This document shows, in pieces, positions 48,255-57,962 of a DNA stretch of 58,591 nt (the first letter of the stretch is position 1; the number at the start of each line of letters is the position of its first letter). Made by a program: the position numbers and the translations under genes. Where the stretch lies: contig JAGWBI010000012.1 of assembly GCA_021295965.1 (NCBI GenBank), positions 1 to 58,591 of the forward strand. Reading direction: 5' to 3'. Origin of the DNA: Dehalococcoidia bacterium. Its GTDB lineage: Bacteria; Chloroflexota; Dehalococcoidia; Lucifugimonadales; UBA3495. The notes beneath the pieces are model-generated. The model saw only the letters and a program-made list of their open reading frames with translations. It was not told the origin of the DNA and searched no databases.

Positions 48255-50150
48255 ATGCTGCAACAAATCGTCACGCTACGCACAGTAGTTTGCGTTCTAC
48301 TCGTTGTGGGTCTGTCGGCAGCGGTGGCCTGCGGAGCGCCGGCGGAACAACAGGCTCCCAGCGCGCCGGCCGCTCCCGAGCAGCAGCAACCCGCCGCCCA
48401 GGCGCAGACGGCTCCGCAGGCGGCGCCTCAACAACCCGCTGCTACGCAAGCGCCAGCGGCCCAGGCGCCGGCCAAACCCACGCTGGCGCAGCCCGCCGGC
48501 ATGACGGACACCAAGGCCGGCGGAGCCGCTCCCACTGCGGTCCCGGAACCGGCGGCCCCCAAAGCCGAAACGGAGGGAACTCCGGTACAGGCCGACCTCC
48601 GGGTCGCCATCACCCCACCATACGCGGAGAACCTGCTGGGCTGGCGCGTGGGCGGCACCAACCAGGGCATCCTGCAACCGATGCAGGAGCAGCTGTTCCA
48701 GCGTCATTACGAAACTTGGGAGGCGCAGGCGATGCTGGCCACCGACTGGTCGGTCTCGCCCGACGGCAAGACGTGGACCATCAAACTGCGCGAAAACGTG
48801 CCTTTCCACGACGGCGCGGATACCTTCGGCGTGTCCGATTTCGTGTTCAGCTGGCAGCTCTGGACACACCCCGAAGCGAAAACCGGCTGGGGCCCCCTGT
48901 GGAACACCATGCTGGGACCGGGTGGCGACAAACACAGCTGGGACGTGGACACCCTGGGCGCGACGAGCACCGTGGAGGAGATCAGCGACAGCGAAATGAT
49001 CTGGCACCTGAACCGTCCGGAACTGTGGGTTCCCTTTTACGCTTCCGACACGGTCACCGATCCGCTGATCTACAGCCTGCAGTACTGGCAGGAAAACGGC
49101 GAAGACGCCTACGCGCAAAACCCAGTGGGCACCGGACCCTGGCGGCACGTCAGTTACCAGCAGGGAGCGAAGTTGGAGTTCGAGCGGGCTTTTGAGGAGC
49201 ATTGGCGGGTCAATCCCGACTTTGAGACGCTGACGTTCTTCTTCGCCGAGGAGGATCTGACCCGGGTGGCGATGCTGCGCGCCGGCGAGGCCGACATCGC
49301 GGAGATCCCCCGCGAACTGCAGGGCGAGATCATCAACGCCGGATATGCCATCACGCAGAGCACGCTGCCGGCCTTCATGGTCTGGATCGCCATTGGCGGG
49401 CAGTACCTGGAAGACGCGCGAGACCCCAATGACCCCAACACCAACATCCTGGTCCGCAAGGCCATGAACCATGCCATTGACCGGAACGCCATCAACGAAG
49501 CCTTCTTCGACAACAAGATGGAGTTGATGGCAAACACCGGTTGGCATCCCACGGATCCGACCTATGATCCGTCCTGGGCGCTACCGGAATACGATCCCGA
49601 CATGGCCCGGCAATTGCTGGCGGAAGCGGGATACGCAGAGGGCAACGGCCCCAAAATCGAGTTCATGGCCGGCAAGCTGGTTGGCGTGCCGGAGTTGACC
49701 GAGATCTCCGTGCCGATCATCTCCTGGTTGGAGGAGGTGGGCTTCCAGGTTGACGCCCAGATCGGCGAATTCCAGCCCATCCGCACACGTTACAAGGCCC
49801 GGGAGATGAACGGCGTCCTCTGGACCCACCGCACCGGCTTCTGGCCCGCCGGCCGGAATATGCGGGCGTATTTCGTCAGCCCCGCGCTGGATGGCGGCGT
49901 GTTCATGCTGGAGGACCCAGTGACTGAGGCACTGTTCGATCAGTGGCAAAACAGCGTGGACGAGACGGAGCGTTTGGATCTGATGCGGCAGGCCGGGCAG
50001 TATATGTACGAACAGTCGGCCACGATGCCCCTGGGATTCTTGTTCGCGGAGTTCGGCATCAATCCCGAAGTTATCGCCGGGTACTCAGTCAACAACAGCT
50101 ACTTCGGTGGCATGAAGGGCCACGAGTACACCCAGGTGGTGCGCAAGTAG
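48255..50150 (+). CDS. ABC transporter family-5 (Dpp/Opp-type) substrate-binding lipoprotein, copy 1
   Basis: Lipobox AVAC, Pro/Ala/Gln tether, LATDWSVSPDGKTWTIKLR..V.FHDG, PVGTGPW, VRKAMNHAIDR. Confidence 0.93.
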   Translation: MLQQIVTLRTVVCVLLVVGLSAAVACGAPAEQQAPSAPAAPEQQQPAAQAQTAPQAAPQQPAATQAPAAQAPAKPTLAQPAGMTDTKAGGAAPTAVPEPAAPKAETEGTPVQADLRVAITPPYAENLLGWRVGGTNQGILQPMQEQLFQRHYETWEAQAMLATDWSVSPDGKTWTIKLRENVPFHDGADTFGVSDFVFSWQLWTHPEAKTGWGPLWNTMLGPGGDKHSWDVDTLGATSTVEEISDSEMIWHLNRPELWVPFYASDTVTDPLIYSLQYWQENGEDAYAQNPVGTGPWRHVSYQQGAKLEFERAFEEHWRVNPDFETLTFFFAEEDLTRVAMLRAGEADIAEIPRELQGEIINAGYAITQSTLPAFMVWIAIGGQYLEDARDPNDPNTNILVRKAMNHAIDRNAINEAFFDNKMELMANTGWHPTDPTYDPSWALPEYDPDMARQLLAEAGYAEGNGPKIEFMAGKLVGVPELTEISVPIISWLEEVGFQVDAQIGEFQPIRTRYKAREMNGVLWTHRTGFWPAGRNMRAYFVSPALDGGVFMLEDPVTEALFDQWQNSVDETERLDLMRQAGQYMYEQSATMPLGFLFAEFGINPEVIAGYSVNNSYFGGMKGHEYTQVVRK

Positions 50151-50208
50151 CCGATGGCGGCTCGGCGGACGAAACGCCGACCAACAGAGGCCATCATCCA
50201 CTGGTGAA

Positions 50209-50244
50209 ACGGTGGCGCGGCGAGAAATCGTAACGCGCCACCGT
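50209..50244 (+). terminator. Strong hairpin after SBP copy 1
   Basis: ACGGTGGCGCG / CGCGCCACCGT 11-bp stem. Confidence 0.5.
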
Positions 50245-50385
50245 AAACGTTATATGTTGCGTATTTCGCAAGGTGCTAGCCGCTGGTAGTACCATATGGG
50301 CACAGACAAGCCGCCAGTCCAGGCTCATATGGTAATCGTAATAGTCGGTTTCCGCTGTTATTACCAGATATAATAAGCAAACCGG

Positions 50386-50414
50386 TTGACAATAGAATGC
50401 ATATTAAGTACATT
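50386..50414 (+). promoter_or_regulatory. Sigma70 promoter of SBP copy 2
   Basis: TTGACA-N17-TACATT. Confidence 0.65.
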
Positions 50415-50501
50415 CCGCCGCAGGCACCAAACAACGGCGTTGTTTGATGAAATCGTCATACGCAACGGCATCGGCTACCGCCCGCGCGGAGGTGAAATAG
50501 G

Positions 50502-52415
50502 ATGTTCAAAGCCATTTCGATACGCACCGTGATATTTGGCGCGCTGTCCCTTGCTTTGGCGACGGCGTTGGCCTGCGGAGCTCCGGCGGAACAGCAGCCT
50601 GCGGCTCCCGCCGCTCCGGCAGCCAGCCAGCAACAGCAGCCCGCAGCACCGCAGCCGGCAGCGCAATCGCAAACCGGCCAGCAACAGGCGGCACAGTCGG
50701 CATCACCCCAGTCGCAACCCGCGCCGGCGCAAGAGGCAAAACCGACGCTGGCGCTGCCCAGCGGCATGTCGGACGCCCAGGCCGGCGGGGCAGCCCCCAC
50801 GGCGGTTCCTGCCGCAGCGCCGAAACCCCAGGAGACGGTGGGTGAGCCGGTACAGGCCGACCTGCGCGTGGCTATCACGCCGCCCTACGCAGAGAACCTG
50901 CTGGGTTGGCGCGTGGGCGGCACCAACCAGGGCATCCTGCAACCGATGCAGGAGCACCTGTTCCAGCGCGATTTCCAGGACTGGTCCGCCCAGCCAATGC
51001 TCGCGACCAGCTGGTCGGTTTCTGCCGACGGCAAGACGTGGAACATCAAGCTGCGCGAGGACGTTCCTTTCCACCACGGCGAGGACACCTTCGGCGTTTC
51101 CGACTTCGTGTTCAGCTTCCAGTTGTGGTCGCACCCCGAGAGCAAGGCCGGGTTCGGGCCTTTGTGGAACACCCTGTTAGGCCCGGGTGGCGACAAGATG
51201 AGTTGGGAGGTTGACGAACTGGGCACTACCGCCGCGGTGGAAGAGGTCAGCGACAGCGAAATGGTCTGGCGCATGAACCGACCTGAGCTGTGGATCCCGT
51301 TCTACGCCTCGGACACCACCACCGATCCGCTGATCTACAGCCTGGACTACTGGCAGAAGAACGGCGAAGCCATGTACGCCGAGAGCCCCGTAGGGACCGG
51401 CCCGTGGCGGCACGTCAGCTACCAGCAAGGCGCGAAGCTGGAATACGAGCGCGCGTTTGAAGAGCATTGGCGCATCAACCCCGACTTTGACACGCTGACG
51501 TTCTTCTTCGCCGAGGAAGACCTGACACGGGTGGCAATGCTCCGCGCCGGCGAGGCCGACATCGCGGAGATCCCCCGTGAGCTCCAGGGCGAGATCATCG
51601 ACGCCGGCTACGCCATCACCCAGAGCACTCTCCCTGCCTTCATGGTCTGGATCGGCATCGGCGGCCAGTACCTGGAAGACCGGGTTGATCCCAACGACCC
51701 CAACACCAACGTGCTGGTACGTAGGGCGATGAACCACGCCATCGACCGGGACGCCATCAACGAAGCCTTCTTTGACAACAAGATGGAGATGATGGCCAAT
51801 ACAGGTTGGCATCCCACGGACCCGTCCTTTGACCCGGCCTGGCAGATACCGGAATACAACCCCGACCTGGCCAGGGAACTGCTGGCCGAGGCCGGTTATG
51901 CCGAGGGAGACGGTCCCAAGGTCGAGTTCATGGCCGGCAAATTGGTCGGCGTGCCGGAGTTGACCGAGATCGCCGTGCCGATCATATCCTGGCTGGAAGA
52001 AGTGGGGTTCCGGGTGGACGCGCAGATCGGCGAGTTCCAGCCGATACGCACACGGTTCGTGGCTCGCGAGATGAACGGCGTGCTGTGGACGCACCGCACC
52101 GGGTTCTGGCCTGCCGGCCGCAATATGCGGGTGTATTTCGTCAGCCCCTCTCTGGACGGCGCGGTGTATATGTTCGAGGACCCGTACACGGAAGACCTGT
52201 TCAGCCGGTGGCAGAGCAGCGTGGACGATGAGGAACGCCTGAACCTGATGAAGGAAGCCGGCCAGTTCATGTACGACAAGAGCGCCACCATGCCGCTGGG
52301 GTTCCTGTTCGCCGAGTTCGGCATCAACCCCGAGGTGATCGCCGAGTACTCGGTGAACAACAGCTACTTCGGCGGAATGAAGGGCCACGAATACACCAGG
52401 GTGGTCCGAAAGTAA
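50502..52415 (+). CDS. ABC transporter family-5 substrate-binding lipoprotein, copy 2
   Basis: Paralog of copy 1, lipobox ALAC, GGAGG RBS. Confidence 0.93.
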   Translation: MFKAISIRTVIFGALSLALATALACGAPAEQQPAAPAAPAASQQQQPAAPQPAAQSQTGQQQAAQSASPQSQPAPAQEAKPTLALPSGMSDAQAGGAAPTAVPAAAPKPQETVGEPVQADLRVAITPPYAENLLGWRVGGTNQGILQPMQEHLFQRDFQDWSAQPMLATSWSVSADGKTWNIKLREDVPFHHGEDTFGVSDFVFSFQLWSHPESKAGFGPLWNTLLGPGGDKMSWEVDELGTTAAVEEVSDSEMVWRMNRPELWIPFYASDTTTDPLIYSLDYWQKNGEAMYAESPVGTGPWRHVSYQQGAKLEYERAFEEHWRINPDFDTLTFFFAEEDLTRVAMLRAGEADIAEIPRELQGEIIDAGYAITQSTLPAFMVWIGIGGQYLEDRVDPNDPNTNVLVRRAMNHAIDRDAINEAFFDNKMEMMANTGWHPTDPSFDPAWQIPEYNPDLARELLAEAGYAEGDGPKVEFMAGKLVGVPELTEIAVPIISWLEEVGFRVDAQIGEFQPIRTRFVAREMNGVLWTHRTGFWPAGRNMRVYFVSPSLDGAVYMFEDPYTEDLFSRWQSSVDDEERLNLMKEAGQFMYDKSATMPLGFLFAEFGINPEVIAEYSVNNSYFGGMKGHEYTRVVRK

Positions 52416-52475
52416 GCAACCGATCCGCCCGCAACATAACAGGTGGGGAAGTTTACGACCGGATAGCCAGGGTAC

Positions 52476-52514
52476 GATTGCGGCGATACGGAACATGATC
52501 ATATCGCCGCAATC
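52476..52514 (+). terminator. Strong hairpin after SBP copy 2
   Basis: GATTGCGGCGATA / TATCGCCGCAATC 13-bp stem. Confidence 0.55.
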
Positions 52515-52652
52515 AGTAAATTTTTCGCTGTTTATAACGGTACGTGAAATTCAGTGCTGCATTATCGACGATAAGTGGTAGTGTTTGGTATATTTAGTGG
52601 ACCACATTCGTTTATGTTTTATTCATTTTCAAAACGATTCCGGTTATTCCCG

Positions 52653-52681
52653 TTGACATCAACATGGCTTTTGAATAGATT
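52653..52681 (+). promoter_or_regulatory. Sigma70 promoter of SBP copy 3
   Basis: TTGACA-N17-TAGATT. Confidence 0.65.
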
Positions 52682-52771
52682 CCTGCGCGTGAATTGGACG
52701 ACATACGTCGTTCGACAAATGCGTCGCGCCTGAAGCCAAATGTATTTAGAGAGGCGCGGAAAGGAGACAGA

Positions 52772-54673
52772 ATGTCAAGAGCCATCTGGATAAGAACGAC
52801 GATTTTCGCTGCGCTGTCTCTCGCACTGACGGCGGCGCTGGCCTGCGGCGCTCCGGCGGAGCAGCAACCGGCGGCGCCCGCCGCCCCGGCGGCGAACCAG
52901 CAACAGCAACAAGCGGCCCAATCGCAGCCGGCCCAGCAGCCGGCGGCGCAACAGACCGGTACCGAACAACAGCAACAGCCGGCGGCCCAACAGGAAGCGA
53001 AGCCCACGCTGGCGCTTCCCAGCGGCATGGCGGACACTCGGGCCGGCGGAGCCGCTCCCACCGCCGCTCCGACGGCCGCGCCGGTTCCTGAGGCAACTGC
53101 GGGCCAGCCGGTGCAGGCCGACCTGCGCGTGGCCATCACCCCACCCTACGCCGAGAACCTGCTCGGTTGGCGCGTGGGTGGTACCAACCAGGGAATGCTG
53201 CAGCCGATGCAGGAGCAACTGTTCCAGCGTGACTACGTGACCTGGGAAGCCAAGGGGATGCTCGTCACCGAATGGGAAGTGTCGAAAGACGGCAAGGAAT
53301 GGCACTTCCAGCTGCGCGAGGGCGTGCCTTTCCACCACGGCGATGACACCTTCGGCGTTTCCGACTTCGTGTTCAGTTTCCAGCTCTGGTCGCACCCCGA
53401 GGGCAAAGGAGCGACCGACTGGTTCCACGAACTGCTGGGACCCGAGGGCGAAAAGCGCAGTTTCGAGGTTGACACCCTGGGTATCACGGCAGCCGTGGAG
53501 GAAGTGTCCGACAGTGAGATGATCTGGCACGCCAATCGTCCCGAGCTGTGGGTGCCTTTCTGGTTCTCGGATGCGACGACTGACCCGCTGATCTACAGCC
53601 TGGACTACTGGGAGACCAACGGCGAGGCAGTGTACGCCGAAAGTCCGGTGGGCACCGGCCCCTGGCAGCACGTCAGCTACCAGCAGGGCGCGAAGCTGGA
53701 ATACGAGCGCGTCCCCTACGAACACTGGCGCATCACGCCTGACTTTGAGACGCTGACCTTCTTCTTCGCCGAGGAGGACCTGACGCGAGTCGCCATGCTC
53801 CGCGCCGGCGAAGCCGACATCGCGGAGATCCCCCGCGAGTTGCAGGGCGAGGTCGTTGACGCCGGGTACGCCATCACCCAGAGCACGCTGCCAGCCTTCA
53901 TGGTCTGGGTAGGCATCGGCGGTCAGTACCTGGAGGACAAGCGCAACGCAGACGACCCCACCACCAACGTGCTGGTGCGCCGGGCGATGAACCACGCCAT
54001 CGACCGCCACGCCATCAACGAAGCCTTCTTCGACAACAAGATGGAACTGATGGCCAACACCGGCTGGCATCCGACGGATCCGGCCTACGACCCGGCCTGG
54101 GAGATTCCCGAATACAACCCGGATCTGTCTCGTCAGCTACTTGCTGAGGCCGGTTACGCCGAAGGCGCCGGGCCGAGCATCGAATTCATGTCCGGCAAGC
54201 TGGTGGGCGTACCGGAGCTCACCGAAATCGCGGTGCCGATCATTTCCTGGCTGGAGGAAGTCGGTTTCGAGGTTGACGCTCAGATCGGCGAGTTCCAACC
54301 CATCCGCACCCGCTACAAGGCTCGCGAGATGAACAGCACATTGTGGACGCACCGTACCGGCTTCTGGCCGTCGGGACGCAATGTGCGAGTGTATTTCGTC
54401 AGTCCCAATCAGCAGGGATCGGTGTTCATGTTCGAGGATCCCTACGTGGAGGAACAGTACGACACGTGGAAGAAGAGCGTGAACGCTGAGGAACGCGAAC
54501 AGATCATGCAGGAGGTGGGCCAGTTCATGTACGAGCAGAACGCAACCATGCCTCTCGGGTTCCTGTTCGCGGAATTCGGCATCAACCCCGAGGTCATTGC
54601 CGGGTACTCGGTGAACAACAGCTACTTCGGTGGGATGAAAGGGCACGAGTACACCAGGGTGGTCCGCCAGTAA
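52772..54673 (+). CDS. ABC transporter family-5 substrate-binding lipoprotein, copy 3
   Basis: Paralog with lipobox ALAC. AGGAG RBS precedes ATG 52772. Confidence 0.93.
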   Translation: MSRAIWIRTTIFAALSLALTAALACGAPAEQQPAAPAAPAANQQQQQAAQSQPAQQPAAQQTGTEQQQQPAAQQEAKPTLALPSGMADTRAGGAAPTAAPTAAPVPEATAGQPVQADLRVAITPPYAENLLGWRVGGTNQGMLQPMQEQLFQRDYVTWEAKGMLVTEWEVSKDGKEWHFQLREGVPFHHGDDTFGVSDFVFSFQLWSHPEGKGATDWFHELLGPEGEKRSFEVDTLGITAAVEEVSDSEMIWHANRPELWVPFWFSDATTDPLIYSLDYWETNGEAVYAESPVGTGPWQHVSYQQGAKLEYERVPYEHWRITPDFETLTFFFAEEDLTRVAMLRAGEADIAEIPRELQGEVVDAGYAITQSTLPAFMVWVGIGGQYLEDKRNADDPTTNVLVRRAMNHAIDRHAINEAFFDNKMELMANTGWHPTDPAYDPAWEIPEYNPDLSRQLLAEAGYAEGAGPSIEFMSGKLVGVPELTEIAVPIISWLEEVGFEVDAQIGEFQPIRTRYKAREMNSTLWTHRTGFWPSGRNVRVYFVSPNQQGSVFMFEDPYVEEQYDTWKKSVNAEEREQIMQEVGQFMYEQNATMPLGFLFAEFGINPEVIAGYSVNNSYFGGMKGHEYTRVVRQ

Positions 54674-54729
54674 GCCGCCTACGGGTCGGCAACGACCGGC
54701 GGTATTCGTCATCTCGAAAGCAAACCCGT

Positions 54730-54763
54730 TTGCGGTGATGCGAAAGACCTTGCATCACCGCAA
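54730..54763 (+). terminator. Strong hairpin after SBP copy 3
   Basis: TTGCGGTGATGC / GCATCACCGCAA 12-bp stem, covarying with the 52476 hairpin. Confidence 0.55.
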
Positions 54764-54903
54764 TCAGCAAGTTTAATGCCAATAATAACGGCACCCAAGA
54801 CCTGACAGGGATTTTTTGACGATAAACGATAACATATTCGATACATTATAGGTGCTATTCGTTTATCATTTGTCACAATATCTTACTTTTACGGCGAGTA
54901 CAG

Positions 54904-54932
54904 TTGACATCAACATGGCTTTTGCGTACATT
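54904..54932 (+). promoter_or_regulatory. Sigma70 promoter of SBP copy 4 and the permease operon
   Basis: TTGACA-N17-TACATT. 22 nt identical to the copy-3 promoter. Confidence 0.65.
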
Positions 54933-55022
54933 CTCCCGCACAAATCGAACGGCAAATGTCGTTTGACAAATGCATCATGCCCAATTTTATCGGCAGATAC
55001 GATGGGGCGAAGAGGAGACAGA

Positions 55023-56915
55023 ATGTCAAAAGCCTTTCCCATAAGAACGACGATATTCGTAGCCATGACACTAGCTTTGACAGTTGCAATCGCCTGCGGC
55101 GCTCCGGCGGAACAGCAACCGGCGGCGCCCGCCGCTCCGGCCAGCGGCGCTCAGGCACAACAGCAGCCAGCGCAGCCGCAACAACCGGCGGCGGCTACTG
55201 AGGCGCCCGCGGCGGCGGCCCCGGCGGAACCCACAGCCACCGCTGCACTGGCCCAACCGGCCGGCATGAGCGACCGAGCCGCCGGCGGCGCCGCGCCTAC
55301 CGCTGCTCCTGCAGCCACGGCCGTACCGGAGACCACCGCCGGACAGCCCGTACAGGCCGACCTGCGCGTCGCCATCACCCCACCCTACGCCGAGAACCTG
55401 TTGGGCTGGCGCGTGGGCGGCACCAACCAGGGCATCCTGCAACCCATGCAGGAGGCGCTGTTCCAACGCGACTACCAGACCTGGGAAGCTCGCCCCATGC
55501 TGGCGGAATCCTGGGAAGTCTCACCCGACGGGAAGCAGTGGACCATAAAGCTGCGAGAGAACGTCCCCTTCCATCACGGCGATGACACCTTCGGCGTGTC
55601 GGACTTCGTTTTCAGCTTCCAGCTGTGGTCGCACCCGGAAGCCAAGACCGGCTTCGGCGACTTCTGGCACCAGATCCTGGGACCAGAGGGCGAGCAGCGC
55701 AGTTGGGAACTTGAGGAAATCGGCAAAGCGGCCACGGTCACTGAGGTCAGTGACAGCGAGATGGTCTGGAACATGAACCGGCCTGAGCTGTGGATCCCGT
55801 TCTATGCTTCGGAAGCCACCACCGACCCGCTGATCTACAGCCTGGATTACTGGGAAACGAATGGTGAAGAAGCGTATGCGGCCAACCCGATAGGCACCGG
55901 GCCGTGGAAGCACGTCAGCTATCAGCAGGGCGCGAAGCTCGAATACGAGCGGGCCTTTGACGAACACTGGCGTGTCAACCCCGACTTCGATACCCTCACC
56001 TTCTTCTTCGCTGAGGAAGACCTGACCCGCGTGGCCATGCTCCGCGCTGGGGAAGCCGACATCGCCGAGATCCCCCGGGAGCTCCAGGGCGAGATTATCG
56101 ACGCCGGTTACGCCATCACCCAGAGCACGCTGCCTGCGTTTATGGTCTGGATCGGCATTGGCGGCCAGTACCTCGAAGACCGGTACGATGCCAACGACCC
56201 CAACACCAACGTTCTGGTACGGCGGGCAATGAACCATGCCATGGACCGGGACGCCCTCAACGAAGCTTTCTTCGACAACAAGATGGAACTGATGGCCAAT
56301 ACCGGTTGGCATCCCACCGACCCATCCTATGACCCCGCTTGGGAGATCCCGGAGTTCAACCCCGAATTGTCACGGGAACTGCTGGCTGAGGCCGGTTATG
56401 CCGAGGGAGCCGGCCCCAAGATCGAGTTCATGGCCGGCAAGCTGGTTGGTGTGCCGGAGTTGACCGAGATCGCCGTTCCGATGATCTCCTGGTTGGAAGA
56501 CGTCGGCTTCACAGTTGACGCCCAGATCGGCGAGTTCCAGCCCATCCGTACCCGCTACAAGGCCCGCGAGATGAACGGCGTGCTGTGGACCCACCGCACC
56601 GGTTTCTGGCCTGCCGGCCGCAATATGAGGGTATACTTCGTCAGCCCCGCCCTGGCCGGCGCGGTGTACATGTACGAAGACCCCTTCACCGAAGACCTGT
56701 TCAGCCGGTGGCAGAGCAGCGTGGACGACGAAGAACGCCTGAACCTGATGAAAGAAGCTGGCCAATACATGTACGAGCAGAACGCCACGATACCGCTGGG
56801 CTTCCTGTTCGCCGAATTCGGCATCAACCCCGAGGTGATCGCCGAGTATTCAGTGAACAACAGCTACTTCGGCGGAATGAAGGGCCACGAGTACACCAAA
56901 GTAGTCCGCAAGTAG
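55023..56915 (+). CDS. ABC transporter family-5 substrate-binding lipoprotein, copy 4
   Basis: Paralog with lipobox AIAC. AGGAG RBS precedes ATG 55023. Confidence 0.93.
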   Translation: MSKAFPIRTTIFVAMTLALTVAIACGAPAEQQPAAPAAPASGAQAQQQPAQPQQPAAATEAPAAAAPAEPTATAALAQPAGMSDRAAGGAAPTAAPAATAVPETTAGQPVQADLRVAITPPYAENLLGWRVGGTNQGILQPMQEALFQRDYQTWEARPMLAESWEVSPDGKQWTIKLRENVPFHHGDDTFGVSDFVFSFQLWSHPEAKTGFGDFWHQILGPEGEQRSWELEEIGKAATVTEVSDSEMVWNMNRPELWIPFYASEATTDPLIYSLDYWETNGEEAYAANPIGTGPWKHVSYQQGAKLEYERAFDEHWRVNPDFDTLTFFFAEEDLTRVAMLRAGEADIAEIPRELQGEIIDAGYAITQSTLPAFMVWIGIGGQYLEDRYDANDPNTNVLVRRAMNHAMDRDALNEAFFDNKMELMANTGWHPTDPSYDPAWEIPEFNPELSRELLAEAGYAEGAGPKIEFMAGKLVGVPELTEIAVPMISWLEDVGFTVDAQIGEFQPIRTRYKAREMNGVLWTHRTGFWPAGRNMRVYFVSPALAGAVYMYEDPFTEDLFSRWQSSVDDEERLNLMKEAGQYMYEQNATIPLGFLFAEFGINPEVIAEYSVNNSYFGGMKGHEYTKVVRK

Positions 56916-56995
56916 AGTCAAGCAGTTGAGGGGCGGCTCACCAGTCGCCCCTTCACGAAACCCAGTAAGACGTTCCTTACGGCGAAGGTCCTCCC

Positions 56996-57916
56996 ATGCA
57001 GCGATTTATCTTTTTGCGGGTACTCCAATCCATCGTAGCGCTTCTGGTCATCAGTGCCGTAGTATTCGCCCTGGCTCGTGTTACCGGCGACCCGGTAGCC
57101 ATTCTGCTGCCGGAGGACGCCAGTCCGAAGGTGGTTGAGCAGGTCCGCGAAAAATGGGGGCTGGACCAACCCATTTACGTCCAGTACGCCCGTTACATCG
57201 GAAACTTCGTCACCGGTGACTTCGGCGAAGCCTGGGCCTACGGCGGCGTTCCCATCACCGAGCTGATCGCCCGGCGCCTGCCGAACACGATATACTTGGC
57301 GTCTTTTGCTTGGATCGTGAGCGCGGCCATTGCCCTGCCCATCGGCGTGTTGGTGGCGGTGAAGAAGGATTCCGCTTTCGACTGGGCGGGTAAAATCGTC
57401 GCGTTGATCGGACAGTCTGCCCCGTCCTTCGCCATCGGACTGATACTGATGTGGATATTCGCGGTTATCCTGGGCTGGTTACCGACGTCGGGTAATGCCG
57501 ACGGTTTCAAGTCCATCATCTTACCGGGGGTGGCCTTAGGCTACTATAATGTGGCCGCGGTGATGCGGCTCACCCGTTCATCAATGCTGGAGGTACTGGA
57601 CACCGAGTACGTCAAACTTGCCCGAATCAAGGGGATGCCCGAACGCAAAGTGATCTGGAAACACTGCTTCCGGAACGCGCTCATCGTGCCTTTCACCTAC
57701 ATGGGCCTCATTGGCGCGGTGCTTCTGACCGGTTCGGTGGTGATTGAGACGGTGTTCGTATGGCCCGGCCTGGGAGACCTTGCCATTGACGCCATCCGGA
57801 ACCGGGACTTCCCCGTAATCCAGAGCATCGTTATCCTGTTCGCCGCCTTCTACATCTTCATCAACCTGATGGTGGACGTGATGTACGCCTACCTGAACCC
57901 CAGGATCCGATACTGA
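56996..57916 (+). CDS. Dpp/Opp-type ABC permease (DppB-like)
   Basis: [60 protein letters not shown]. Confidence 0.95.
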   Translation: MQRFIFLRVLQSIVALLVISAVVFALARVTGDPVAILLPEDASPKVVEQVREKWGLDQPIYVQYARYIGNFVTGDFGEAWAYGGVPITELIARRLPNTIYLASFAWIVSAAIALPIGVLVAVKKDSAFDWAGKIVALIGQSAPSFAIGLILMWIFAVILGWLPTSGNADGFKSIILPGVALGYYNVAAVMRLTRSSMLEVLDTEYVKLARIKGMPERKVIWKHCFRNALIVPFTYMGLIGAVLLTGSVVIETVFVWPGLGDLAIDAIRNRDFPVIQSIVILFAAFYIFINLMVDVMYAYLNPRIRY

Positions 57917-57962
57917 GCTAGCAAATGGTCGTTCACAGTCGCCCCGCACAAGGAATTTGGCA

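Noticed and set aside
48255-56915. SBP repeats as a diversity-generating retroelement or invertible shufflon
   Set aside because: No reverse transcriptase, no adenine-specific variation pattern seen, all copies are full-length direct paralogs, and no invertase is adjacent.
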